A stretch of 64,000 nt of DNA. It comes from Camelus dromedarius. Taxonomy: Eukaryota. This document shows positions 12,900 through 25,930 of this stretch, piece by piece (position 1 is the first letter of the stretch; each line of letters opens with the position of its first letter). Where the stretch lies: the NCBI RefSeq assembly GCF_036321535.1, contig NC_087436.1:55864001-55928000 (forward strand), given 5' to 3'. The position numbers and the translations under genes were made by a program. The notes below the pieces were generated by a model that worked only from the letters and a program-made list of their open reading frames with translations, was not told the DNA's origin and did no database searches.

Positions 12900-14150
12900 A
12901 CTCATTCCCTCATTCATTCATATCTTCATTGCTTCAGTCAAGAGATGTATTTTGAGGATCTATACAATAGTAAGAATTGTTTCAAGTGCTAGTCTCATGT
13001 TGCTGGCATTTGTGGTAGGGTTTGGGGGTAGTTAGGCCAAAAATACACAAAGTAAATAAGTAGAAAATATTGCAGGTTACATGTCAAGTGCTAAGGCAAA
13101 AACTAAAGCAGGTTCAGGGCACAGGGGATCCCAGGACCTGCAATTTCAGACAGGGCAGCTATATTAGTTCCTAGGGCTGCTATAACAAAGCATTACAAAC
13201 CAGATGGCTTAAAACAACAGAAACTGATTGCCTTAGTTCTAGAGTCTGAAACTAAGGTGTCAGCAAGGTCATGCTCCTTTTGGATCTTTCCTTTCCTCTT
13301 CCTAATTTCCGGTTGTTTGCCAGCAATCTTTGGTATTCCTTGGATTACAGCAGCAGAACTCCAATCACTGCCCTCATGCCCTCACTGTTCCTTCTGTGTC
13401 TCTGTGTTCACATGGTTGTCTTCTTCTGAGGACACCAGTTAATGGCCCACCCTACTCATCTTAAGTAATTACATCTGCAAATACCCTATGTCCAAATTAG
13501 GTCACATTCTGAGACACCAGGAATTAGGACTTCAACATATTTTTTGTTTTCAGGAGGACACCATTTAACCCATTCAACAGCAGTGAAGACCTCATGAAGA
13601 AAACTGACATTTGAATAAGGGCCAGAAAAAATGTGAGAGGATGAGCTATGGGGATATCTTGGAGAAGAATGTTCCACATAGAGAAAATGGGAAATGTAAA
13701 AGTACTGAAGCAGAAGCATTCCTGGTTATGTTAAAAAATCAACAAGATGGGCCAGAACAACTGAAAAGATTGAGAAAAGGTAGGAGATTGGATCAGGAAG
13801 CTAACAGTGGCTCAGACTGTCTGTCTTTCAGGCCATGGTAAGAACTTTAGCTTTTGCTATAAAACAGATAAAAAGGGCATTGGGTGATTTTGTATAGATG
13901 AACAACATGATCTGACTTAGTTCTAACAGAATCACTATGGTGGGAACAGACTGAAAAGTGAAAGAGATAAGAAGGGAACTCAGTTAGGAAGCAATAGCAA
14001 TAGGCCAGATGAGAGAAAACTGTGCAGAGACCGGGATACTAGCAGTGGAGAGGGTGAGGAATTCTGATTATCTGGTGATGGTAAAGACACAGTAGAAAGG
14101 AGTGAATGAGTCGTTGAGAGGATGTTATTTAGCACAACTGGAAGAATGAA
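12900..14150 (-). mobile_element. L2 fragment split by an MLT1 LTR
   Basis: cattccctcattcattca start; purine-rich antisense L2 body resumes at ~13580. Confidence 0.65.
13160..13580 (-). mobile_element. MLT1 (MaLR) solo LTR
   Basis: tatattagttcctagggctgctataacaaag...ggcttaaaacaacagaaa...ggacttcaacatat...ggacaccatttaaccca. Confidence 0.8.
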
Positions 14151-14419
14151 CCTCTGCAATGAGCATGGTTATTGTTGACTGTCCTTGGCCCAAAATTCTC
14201 AAGTGGATAAGAGTAATACATCAACGATCCAGAGCAGATTTCAGTCCTTTTCTCCTTCTCTCCTATATTAGTTCACTTGTGCTGTCTTAACAAAATATCA
14301 TCGACTGGTTTAAACAATATAAATATATTTCTCACAAGTTCTGGAAGCTGGCAAGTCTAAGAACAAGGTACCAGCAAGATAGTTAACTATTTTCCTGTAA
14401 GTGAAAACTTGTTTTTTTC

Positions 14420-14938
14420 AAATTAATCGTTTATCAAAAGAAGTTTTTTAACTTGCCTCACATATACCTTAATAATTTCCTCTTAAATTTAATTCTTGGA
14501 GTTTTGTAATTTATGGTGTTATTATGAATAAACATTTTTAATGTTTTCTAACTGATATTTTGAATGAGAAAGTTACTTATTATACTTGATCCAAATGCTT
14601 TACTGAATTTTCCTATTGTGTCTATTTCCTTCCACCAAATCATTTTTGTTTTACAAGTATATATTAATATACTCTGTAAGTAATGATGATTTATTTTCCT
14701 TATTGCCAAAATTATAGTTCCCATCTCTATTTCAAGTCAAATTGTATCATATAAAACCTACCTCCCAAAAAGGGTAAAAATAATAGTGTTACTGTCAATC
14801 TTTAAATATTGCTGATTTTATGGAGAATGCCTTCAAAGTTGTACTGTTCAATTGATGTTAGCTGTTTATTTGAAGCAAATACTTTTTATAAGGTTACCTA
14901 GAATCTAATTCCTAGGTGGGTTTATTCTTTAGTAGAAT
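14420..14938 (-). mobile_element. Very old L1 ORF2 remnant (left part; continues at 19305-19440)
   Basis: Degenerate antisense RT-region motifs (gattttatggagaatgccttcaa...gatgttagctgt). Confidence 0.55.
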
Positions 14939-14951
14939 GGATTGAGTTTTT

Positions 14952-17900
14952 TTTTTTTTTTAATCCCAGTCTATCCCTTCCCACCCTCCACTCCCCTGGT
15001 AACCACAAGTCTGTATTCTCTGTCTGTGAGTCTATTTCTGTCCTTTATTTACGCTTTGTTTTTGTTTGTTTGTTCTTGTTTTTGTTTTTTAGATTCCACA
15101 TATGAGCGATCTCATATGGTATTTTTCTTTCTCTTTCTGGCTTACTTCACTTAGAATGACATTCTCCAGGAGCATCCATGTTGCTGCAAATGGCATTATG
15201 TTGTCGGTTTTTATGGCTGAGTAGTATTCCATTGTATAAATATACCACCTCTTCTTTATCCAGTCACCTGTTGATGGACATTTAGGCTGTTTCCATGTTT
15301 TGGCTATTGTAAATAGTCCTGCTATGAACATTGGGGTGCAGGTGTCATCCTGAAGTAGATTTCCTTCTGGATACAAGCCCAGGAGTGGGATTCCTGGGTC
15401 ATATGGTAAGTCTATTCCTAGTCTTTAGAGGAATCTCCACACTGTTTTCCATAGTGGCTGCACCAAACTGCATTCCCACCAGCAGTGTAGGAGGGTTCCC
15501 CTTTCTCCACAGCCTCTCCAGCATTTGTCATTTGTGGATTTTTGAATGACGGCCATTCTGACTGGTGTGAGGTGATACCTCATTGTAGTTTTGATTTGCA
15601 TTTCTCTGATAATTAGTGATATTGAGCATTTTTTCATGTGCTTTTTGATCATTTGTATGTCTTCCTTGGAGAATTGCTTGTTTAGGTCTTCTGCCCATTT
15701 TGGGATTGGGTTGTTTATTTTTTTCTTATTGAGTCGTATGAGCTGCTTATATATTCTGGAGATCAAGCCTTTGTCGGTTTCACTTGCAAAAATTTTCTCC
15801 CATTCCGTAGGTTTTCTTCTTGTTTTATTTCTGGTTTCCTTTGCTGTGCAGAAGCTTGTAAGTTTCATTAGGTTCCATTTGTTTATTCTTGCTTTTATTT
15901 CTTCTAGGAGAAAATTTTTTAAATGTTTGTCAGATAATGTTTTGCCTATATTTTCCTCTAGGAGGTTTATTGTATCTTGTCTTATGTTTAAGTCTTTAAT
16001 CCATTTTGAGTTGATTTTTGTATATGGTGTAAGGGAGTGTTCTAGCTTCATTGTTTTACATGCTGCTGTTCAGTTTTCCCAACACCATTTGCTGAAGAGA
16101 CTGTCTTTATTCCAATGTATATTCTTGCCTCCTTTGTCAAAGATGAGTTGACCAAAAGTTTGTGGGTTCATTTCTGGGCTCTCTATTCTGTTCCATTGGT
16201 CTATATGTCTGTTTTGGTACCAATACCATGCTGTCTTGATGACTGTAGCTCTATAGTATTGTCTGAAGTCTGGGAGAGTTATTCCTCCAGCCTCTTTCTT
16301 TCTCTTCAGTAATGCTTTGGCAATTCTAGGTCTTTGATGGTTCCATATGAATTTTATTACGATTTTTTCTAGTTCTGTGAAATATGTCCTGGGTAATTGG
16401 ATAGGGATTGCATTAAATCTGTAGATTGCCTTGGGCAGTGTGACCATTTTAACAATATTGGTTCTTCCAATCCAAGAGCATGGAATATCTTTCCATTTTT
16501 TAAAGTCTTCTTTAATTTCCTTCATCAATGGTTTATAGTTTTCTGTGTATAATTCTTTCACCTCCTTGGTTAGATTTATTCCCAGATATTTTATTACTTT
16601 GGGTGCTATTTTAAAGGGGATTGTTTCTTTACTTTCTTCTTCTGTTGATTTATCGTTAGCGTAAAGAAATGCAACTGATTTTTGAACGTTAATTTTGTAA
16701 CCTGCTACCTTGCTGAATTCTTCAATCAGCTCTAGTAGCTTTTGTGTGGACCTTTTAGGGTTTTCTATATATAGTAACATGTCATCAGCATATAATGACA
16801 CTTTTACCTCTTCTTTTCCAATTTGGATCCCTTTTATTTCTTTCTCTTGCCTGACTGCTGTGGCTAGGACTTCCAGGACTATGTTGAATAGGAGTGGTGA
16901 TAGTGGGCATCCTTGTCTTGTCCCAGATTTTAGTGGGAAGCTTTTGAGTTTTTCACCGTTGAGTACTATGCTGGCTGTAAGTTTGTCATATATAGCTTTT
17001 ATTATGTTGAGATATGTTCCCTCTATACCCACTTTGGCGAGAGTTTTTATCATAAATGGGTGTTGAATTTTATCAAATGCTTTTTCTGCATCGATTGAGA
17101 TGATCATGTGATTTTTGTCCTTTCTCTTGTTGATGTGATGTATTACACTGATTGATTTGCATATGTTGAACCAGCCTTGTGTCCCTGGGATGAACCCCAC
17201 TTGGTCATGATGCATAATCTTTTTTATGTGTTGTTGGATTCTATTTGCTAAAATTTTGGTGAGGATTTTGGCGTCTATGTTCATCAGTGATATTGGCCTA
17301 TAATTCTCTTTTTTTGTAGTGTCTTTGCCTGGTTTTGGTATCAGGGTGATGGTGGCTTCATAGAATGAGTTTGGGAGTATTCCCTCCTTTTCAATCGTCT
17401 GGAAGAGTTTGAGAAGGACTGGTATGAGTTCTTCTTTGTATATTTGGTAGAATTCCCCAGTGAAGCCGTCCGGTCCTGGACTTTTATTTGTAGGGAGGTT
17501 TTTAATTGCTATTTCTATTTCCTTTCTAGTGATCAGATTGTTCAAGTGTTCAGATTCTTCTTGATTCAGTTTTGGTGGACAGTATGTTTCCAGAAACTTG
17601 TCCATCTCCTCTAGGTTATCCAGTTTGGTTCCATATAGTTTTTCATAATATTCTCGTATGATATTCTGTATTTCTATGTTATTTGTTGTAATTTCTCCAT
17701 TTTCATTTCTTATTTTGCTAATTTGTGCTCTCTCTTTTTTCTTCTTTGTGAGTTTGGCCAGAGGTTTGTCAATTTTATTTACTTTTTCAAAAAACCAGCT
17801 TTTGGTTTGGTTGATTTTTTCTATGGTCTTGTTAATCTCTATTGTATTTAATTCCTCTCTGATCTTTATTATTTCCTTCCTTCTGCTGCTTTTTGGGGCT

Positions 17901-17998
17901 TTTTGTTCTTCTTTTTCTAATTCATTCAGGTGGTGGGTTAAATTGTTTATTTGAGATTGTTCTTTTTTGAGGAAGGCCTGTATCGCTATAAACTTCCT
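14952..17998 (-). mobile_element. Young L1, non-inverted 3' part: ORF2 RT and C-terminus, partial 3' UTR, poly(A)
   Basis: ORFs 16070..18064, 15425..16051 and 15089..15376 share one frame separated by two stops. RT motifs [10 protein letters not shown] and YADD present; poly-T at 14947-14961. Confidence 0.97.
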
Positions 17999-19291
17999 AT
18001 AAATAGAAAAGCAGCAGGATGCTACAGAAATGAGAAACACACAACTGGAAAGGTGATAACTCATGAATTACAAATAAAGTAAACATGAAATTATAAAAGA
18101 AGACATACAAATCACTGAGAGTGGGAGAGGGAGGCAGGGAAATATAGAATATTTTTTTCTTTCTTTTTTAAATTTTTTTAACAGTAGGATGGGTTTGAGA
18201 TCATGTTACTATCAGTTTAATAAAAACAGTTATAGTAATGGGTTGATAGATTTACAAAAAAGGGTAACCACAAGCCAAAAATTTACAAAGGAGTCACAAA
18301 AATTAAATAAAATCCAGGATAATACAAAGGAAAACTACCAAACCACAAAAGGAAGAAGAAGGGAACAAAGAGGATATACCAATTCAACTGCAAAGATAAG
18401 TTCAAAATGGCAATAAACACACATCTATCATTAATTACTGTAAATGTTAATGGACTAAATGCTCCAGTCAAAAGACACAGAGTGGCAGACTGGATAATAA
18501 AGCAAGAACCTTCAATATGCTGCATACAAGAGACCCACTTTAGGGAGAAGGACACATACAGATTGAGAGTGAAAGGATGGAAAAGGATATTCCATGCAAA
18601 TGGAAAAGCCAAAAAAGCAGGTGTTGCAGTACTGATTTCAGACAAAATAGACTTTAAAACAAAGGCCATAAAGAAAGATAAAGAAGGACATTTTATAATG
18701 ATTAAAGGAGTGATACAAGATGAGGATATCACACTCGTTAATATATATGCACCCAATATAGGAGCACCTAAGTACATACAAGAATTACTAACAGAGATAA
18801 AGGGGGATATTGATGGGAATACAATCATAGTTGGAGAATTTAACACTGCATTAACATCACTAGACAGATCTTCCAGACAGAAAATAAACAAGGCAACAGA
18901 GAAATTAAATACTACAATAGAAAAACTAGATTTGGTGGATATTTTCAGAGCATTACACCCCCAAAAAATAGGATATACATTCTTTTCAAGTGCACATGGA
19001 ATATTTTCCAGGATCGATCATGTACTTGGACACAAAAGAAACCTCAACAATTTTAAGAAGATAGAAATTATCTCAAGCATCTTTACTGACCACAATGCCA
19101 TGAAACTGGAAATCAACAACAGAGAAACAAAGGAGAAAAAAAGGAAAGCATGGAGATTAAACAATATGTTATTGAAAAAACAATGGATCAATGAGGAAAT
19201 CAAAGCTGAAATTAAAAAATACCTTGAGACAAATGATAATGAAAGCACAACCACTCAAAACCTATGGGACACAGCAAAGGCAGTGCTAAGA
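17999..19291 (+). mobile_element. Young L1, inverted 5' part: inter-ORF spacer and intact ORF2 APE endonuclease
   Basis: ORF 18407..19306 MAINTHLSLITVNVNGLN...SRIDH...TDH...LWDTAKAVLRG. Confidence 0.97.
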
Positions 19292-19451
19292 GGATTGAGT
19301 TTTTAATAGGAATTGTTTGAATGTTATCAAATTTTGAGGGGCCTCTTGAAAAGACTGATTTTGATGTATTTGATCTACTGATTGTGTAACATTAATACAT
19401 TTTTTGACACTGTATCATCCTTGTATTCTTGGGATTCTTCCATATCACACG

Positions 19452-21794
19452 TGTGCATGCCCTCTTTTATTGTTTCAATTCATTATGCTTCCCAGATACT
19501 GCAAATTGAAGGTTTTTACAAACTGAATGTTTGTAGGAACTCTGCTTCGAGCAAGTCTATTCACATGGTTTTTCCAACAGCATTTGCTCACTTTGTGTTT
19601 CTGTTTCACATTTAGGTAATTCTGATGGTATTTCAAACTTTTTCATTATTATTACATTTGTAATGGTGATCTGTAATCAGTGATCTTTGATAATTGTTTT
19701 GAGGCACTACGAGCCATGCCCATGTAAGACTGCTAACAATCAATGAATGTTGTGTGTGTTCTGACTGCTCCACCAACTGGCCATTCCGCCATCTCTATCC
19801 CTCACCTCAGACCTTCCTATTCTAAGACAAAACAATATTGAAATTAGGCCAATTAATAATCCTACAATGGACTCTAAGTGTTCAAGTGAAAAAGTCACAT
19901 GTCTCTCACTTTCAGTCAAAAGCTAGAAATGATTGTCTAGTGAGGAAGGTATGTTGAAAGCTGATATAGGCTGAAAGCTAGGCATCTTGCACAAAACTAA
20001 CTAGCCAAGTTGTGAATGTAAGGGAAACGTTCTTGAAGGAGATTTATGGTGCTACTCCAATGAACACGCAAATGTAAGAATGTGAAACAGCCTTACTGCT
20101 GATATGGAGAAAGTTTTAACTTAGTGTAAAAGTCTAGATAGATCAAATCAGCCACAACATTCCCTTAAGTCAAAGCCTAATCCAGAGCAAGGACCTAATT
20201 CTCTTCAATTCTGTGAAGGCTGAAAGAGATGAGGAAGCTTCAGAAAAAAAAACTTGAAGCCAGCAGAGGTTAGCTGATGAGGTTTAAGAAAAGAAGTCAA
20301 CTCCATAACATAAAAGTGCAAGGTGAGGTAGCAAGTGCTGATTCAAAAGCTGCAGCAAGTTATCCAGGAGATCTAGCTAAGATAACTAATGAAACTGGCT
20401 ATACAACACAACAGATTTTGAATGCAGACTATTGGAAGAAGATGCCATCTAGGATTTTCATAGCTAGAGAGGAGAAGTCAATGCCTGGTTTCAAAGTTTC
20501 AAAGGACAAGCTGACTCTCTTATTAGGGGTAATGTACCTGGTAAATTTACCATTCTGAAAAAATCGTAGGGCCCTTAAAAATTATGCTAAATCTACTCTG
20601 CCTGTACTCTATAAATGACACAACAAAGCCTGAATGATAGCACATCTGTTTACAACATGGTTTACTGATTATTTTAAGCCCACTGTTGAGAACTACTGCT
20701 CAGGAAAAAAAAAAAAAAGATTCCTTTCAAAATATTACTCTCATTGACAATGCACCTCATCACCCAAGCCTCTGACAATGACGTACAATAAGATGAATGT
20801 TGTTTTCATGCTTGCTAATACAACATCCATTGTGCAGCCCATGACTCAAGGAGCAATTCTGGCTTTTAAGTCTTATTATTTACAAAGTACATTTTGTAAG
20901 GCTCTAGCAACCATCAAATAGTGATTCCTCTGATGGCTATGGGCAAACTCAGTTGAAAAACTTATGGAAAAGATTCACCATTCTACATGCCAGTAAGAAC
21001 ATTCATGATTCATGGGAAGAGGTCAAAATATCAACATTCACAGGAGTTTGTAAAAAGTTGATTCTATCCCTCATGGGGTTAAGGGATTCAATACTTAAGT
21101 GGAGGAAGGAACTGCAAGAGAACTAGAATTTGAAGTGGAGCTTGAAACGTGACTGAATTGCTGCATGATAAACCCCTAATGGATAAGGACTTGCTTCTTA
21201 TCAATGAGCAAATAAAGCAGTTTCTTGAGATAGAATCTACTCCTGGTAAAGATCTGTGAAGATTGTTGAAATGACTATACAGTATTTAGAATATTACATA
21301 AGCTTACTTAATAAGGCAGTGGCAGGGTTTGAAAGGACTGACTTCAATTTTGAAAGAAGTTCTACTGTGGGTAAAATACTATCAAACAGCACTGCAAGCT
21401 ACAGAGAAACCACATGCAAAAGGAAGAATCAATGGAGTCAGCAAATTTTATTCTTGTCTTATTCTGAGAAACTGTCACAGCCACATCAACCTTTAGCAAT
21501 CACCATCCTGATCAGTCAGCAACCATCAACATAGAGGTAAGACCCTCCACCAGCAAACAGATTACAACTGCCTAAGTCTCAGATATGGTTAGCATTTTTT
21601 TTAGAAATAAAGTATTTTTAATTATTATTTTTTAGACATAATGCTATTGCACACTTAATAGACTACAGTGTAGCATACACATAACTTTTATATGCACTAG
21701 GAAACCAAAACGTTCAGTTGACTCACTTTATTGTGATATTTGCTTTATTGATGTGTTCTGGAACCAAACATACAATGTCTCTGAGGTATGCCTG
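19452..21794 (+). mobile_element. Near full-length Tigger1 (TcMar-Tigger) with decayed transposase
   Basis: Ends gaggtatgcctg+TA with a degenerate left TIR. ORF 20277..20558 [16 protein letters not shown]...[22 protein letters not shown] is Tigger1 transposase. Confidence 0.93.
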
Positions 21795-22492
21795 TATGAT
21801 AATGAGCTAGGTTAACAAAGCATAAAGCTCATGTAATCAAACTCTCATTAACAGCTTCTTCCATACTTAGGCACTTCACTATTTTGAGAAACAGCTTGAT
21901 AGATATTTTCAATTCTATGTTCATGAGTATTATCTGTTGATTTTTGACAAACATCTAAATATATCTAGTTGCAAGAGTAAGGGAAATTAAATTATTGAAC
22001 AAAATAAGTTAATTAATGGTGTGAACAAAATAACTCAATTGTACATTTTCTAAGGCTGTTTAAATGCTTATATAAAAATGCATGTAATATGTCTTTTTAA
22101 GAATGAGTTTCTTTTTAATTTAGCATTTTCTAAAATTTGCAAAAATAAACTTTCCTGATTGAAATTATAGAGCGGCACTGACTAATCCCTTTGAAATTTT
22201 TTTCATCCTTATAATTTAAGAAGCTAAATATAATGCTAGCTGTGATACTGAGCAAAAACAACTGAAATAATTGAGTCTTTTATGCCATGAGAAATTTGGG
22301 CTGTGACTTTTCAGGAAATAATTAACATTCTGAATTATTTAATTTATCTGGATATTCAAAACGCTGAGTTTAGTTAACACTGGGTGGTAAGGAGATCTAA
22401 ATTCTTCAACTAAAGTATGTACCTCCCTATTCAGCAGGCCCCAAATACAATTATTTTTATGCAATACCATATGGAATGCCAATCTTCTTCAG

Positions 22493-23365
22493 TTTTTTTA
22501 TTTTGAAGATATTAAATCTACAGAAAAGCTGAAATATTAGTAAAGTGAACACTCATACACTCTTCAGTTACATAAACCAAACTGTAAACATTTTGCCGCA
22601 TTTGCTCTATCTCTTCCTCTTTTTGTTTTTCTTTGTGTGTGTGGTTTTTTTTTCTGGGGTGGGGGTAGCATTTTGATTAATCTCTTGACAGAAAGTTGCA
22701 GACATCATGACACTTAAGCCCTACTTCAACATACATATCCTAAGAATAAGACAATCACCTACATTACCACAATACTATTATCATATTAAGAAAGTCAATA
22801 TTAATGTGATACTACCCAGAAAACATTATAGATTTCAATATTCCCCAGAAGAAGTATTTCATAATCTTACTTCTTTCTTTTTCTATCCAAAATTAGTAAT
22901 TTCCTTTCATATTCTGTCTCTTAAATAAGAACTATGCCTTCTCCTTTCATATTTTGGAATTTTTGTTTTGTTTTCTGTTTTATGACACTGTGAGGTTTTG
23001 GGGGCTTTAGTTGTTGTTTAAGCATCCAGGCCAGTTGTTTGTAAAATGCTCTACCTTCTGGATTTCTCTGCTTGCTTCCTGTGATTAAATTCAGTTTAAA
23101 TCATTTGGTACAAATATTACCTAAGTGATGCTCTATATTCCTTACTGTATCATATAAAGCAGCATTATCAGTGATGATGCTTAATTTGATAACCTATTCA
23201 AGGATCTGATTTATAGATATCTTCATCATAAATTTGTAATTTTTTTCTTCGTATTTAGTAAATTATCTGTTGGACGATACCTTGGCATCCTACCAATATT
23301 TATTCCCTAAAAATCTTCCACGTCACCTCATGGCATCACTTGTTACCTTTTCCTAAATCAATTAT
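22493..23365 (-). mobile_element. L1MC4/L1MC5-like 3' end
   Basis: ttttattttgaa...tacagaaaagct...aacattttgccgcatttgct...aagttgcagacatcatgacac motifs. Confidence 0.7.
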
Positions 23366-23400
23366 TATAGACAATGCCTGATTTAATACTATAAAAATAC

Positions 23401-23517
23401 CTTTTCAACATCCAGGAACAGTCGATGGGCTGTATTTATAGCTATCCTCTTTGTAGCACCTCTTTGTACATTGTAATAGATAATCACATGGCAAACCACA
23501 AATTTATCACATCAATA
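23401..23517 (-). pseudogene. Candidate exon Y*CDKFVVCHVIIYYNVQRGATKRIAINTAHRLFLDVEK
   Basis: 37 open codons after one TGA. IIYYNVQRGATKRIAINTAHR parallels RGS IYxxYVxxxAxKxINIxxxxR. Donor AAG|GTATTT; acceptor appears mutated (tttatgg). Confidence 0.5.
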
Positions 23518-25546
23518 CCATAAATACAAAACAGGAGTTTTGAAATACTTTGTTAGTTTTTTTTTAAATGTAAATATTCTTATGGATTACTCTGAACAAA
23601 GTGAGCTTTGTTTAAATGGCTATGACATGCTAATGATGATTTTCTCTCAAACCTTGGAAAAGAAAGATAACAAAACTGTTCTCTTTTCTCTTTCAAAGTG
23701 CATCTCCTACCTTGTGGAAAACATTAACCCCCTTCCTATTTCAGTGTCTTTGTCCAGGACATCATTGTTTACATGACTAATTAAACCAGTTACCACAAAG
23801 TGATCCCAATTTCTTCATTACAGTCCTTTCCTTTATTTAGCAGTGCTCAGAATTTACACCCACTTGACAATTAAAGCTCCAAAACAGTTACTAAGGCCTT
23901 TTATATCTGGTTTTCATTAGTTCATATTAAACGAGTCGTTGGCTTGATTTTCACTTCAGCGAGCCCTCTCATAAAATCTGGTTAGACATGATGGTGATAT
24001 AGCACGTGAAACGAAATGAATTAATACATCAGCAAAAACACTGCCAAGCAGACAATTCTAACACATTTTATTATCTCAAGTATATACTTGTCACTCATAT
24101 GAGAGATATATCAAAATGAAAAGAGTGAAGACTCTAAGCAGTTTTAAGGTTGAAGAGATGAAGTGAAGCACAGGTTCTGCATTTACTGAAGCAGGTGTGT
24201 AGTCTGCAAGCCTCTCTGGAGAGGCATTATTGAGTGGATAGTTTCCCAGCATTATAGAAGTTGCCATTAATGCCTTTGCAATTAAGGTTTTTATAGCATT
24301 TTACTATTTGAAGCCCTAATTTCAGATTGGTACATAAGGGTGTGTATGTGTGTGTGAAAGAGAGATTATTTTAATTTATAGAAAATGCTTTCTGGAAACT
24401 CAGCTGTACTGTGGCATAAGAATAAATCTATTATGCACAGCACATGTATATGTGTGTGTGTGTATATGTGTGTGTTACACAAATATATGCCTTTTTATAT
24501 TTGAAACCATAAATATGAATAATTTAGAAATTCAGTAATTCTAAAGAATTTTATTTTTCTTAAGTCCGATTCATGGGAACTTAGAGAATATACCAAAAAC
24601 TGTACTTGTCTCCCCAAAAAACTTAAAAGGGGAGACAGACTGGATAATTTCTCATAAATAAAGATAGTTAATTGTAAAGATGATTTAAAGACTTTTGCTG
24701 ATCATTGGTTATGTCCGACAACATGTCTGGATAAGATGGGAAGCAGTAAGAACATAGAAACACAGGTCCAAGAAACAGCATTCTATGAAATAACAGTGGC
24801 CATATCCATTATACTCTAATAAAAAATAATCAGCTTTAGAATGACTAGGTCTTCAAGTCATCAAAGATATACCTAAGAAATTTTCACATATTCTGAGAGA
24901 TAGATATGATCTTTTTAAACCCCCAAAAGCTATCAACATTTATAAGAGTACAGATTCCAGCAGCTGTACATTAACTCACCAAAGGTACATTGCTTTCATG
25001 TGTTCCAATCAAAAACACAAGAGTGGTTTTTATGTCTGATAAACTGAATTTCACATAATAGCACAAAGAAGAGAAGTAGCTTCATCTTACAGTGATGTGA
25101 AGGCATAGGTCCCTTCCCGTGACTCAATAAAAATGTGTGATCATAAGCACTTGACAATCAAATCAGCCTCCCTTTATTAATGAGTGTTAAAAATCTTTAA
25201 GCCTGTTTCTTTAACATTTCTAGAGTATAAGATTTTTGATGAAGGCCATTTTTTCCTATTTCTTATTCTTTATCCCAGGGTAGTAAATGATATATGTTCA
25301 ATAAATATTTGTTGAATGAGCATTTTTCTCATTCTCCACGTTTTTTCTCCTGTTATAAATCCTCTTCCGGTTGCTTAAGTACTGAACAAAAGTGTTCATC
25401 AGACGTTTTTGACTGCTGTTCTTTCTCTAATCTCTCTTAATTAATATTTCCAACTCACATAGCTCTCCTCAACTTCTCTTTAGACATGGGCCCAAAAGAT
25501 CCATCTCCAACCTTAACTTCTCCCATAAGTTCTAACTTCTAGCTTC

Positions 25547-25930
25547 ATGTTAAAGAAGTTCAAGACATGTCACCCCAAAATATGCTATTTTCACATACTG
25601 ATTTTTTTGAGCTTAAGGCACCTGAGAAATGGTGGATACAGGAAGGGCTGTCTAACCTACCCTTTCTACCTAAAACAGGTCATAAAATTTTCCATAAAAA
25701 GGGTACCCTTCCTGTACCAGGGACTGGGATTCAACATTGAAATTGATTTATACAAATTTACTAAAATAGTATTGTCTTCCTCTAGCTGTTTACTCCCCAC
25801 TTATTAACTAGTCACTTTCCAGCAATTTACTTCCCCAGCCGAAACCCTTTTGTCTTGTCATTTCCTCATGAATTTATTGTTTCTTTATCTAAAATGTACA
25901 AAAGCTTTCTGTTCTGGTCACTTACTTGGT
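25547..25930 (+). mobile_element. ERV1 LTR (MER34-like)
   Basis: tgttaaag...catgtcaccccaaaatatgc...gatttttttgagct motif. Confidence 0.6.

Larger units (their letters stand above)
14939..19304. repeat. 13-bp target-site duplication GGATTGAGTTTTT flanking the inverted L1 (14939-14951 and 19292-19304)
   Basis: Exact direct repeat. The right copy is followed by AA, giving the TTTT/AA L1 endonuclease site. Confidence 0.92.

Noticed and set aside
16070..18064. 664-aa ORF as a cellular or novel RT gene
   Set aside because: It is L1 ORF2. Its first ~22 residues are the antisense of the inverted spacer, an artefact of the inversion junction.
15331..19254. Several antisense ORFs (15591..16151, 16710..17066, 18283..18891 and others)
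   Set aside because: Shadow frames of L1 ORF2 with no independent support.
18407..19306. 299-aa ORF as a stand-alone APE nuclease gene
   Set aside because: It is the inverted endonuclease arm of the same L1, and it terminates at the edge of the TSD.
20277..21534. Tigger1 transposase as a domesticated TIGD-like gene
   Set aside because: Broken by many stops and frameshifts.
24990..25053. Minus-strand segment ending at a strong GTGAGT donor
   Set aside because: Weak acceptor and phase not compatible with neighbouring candidate exons.
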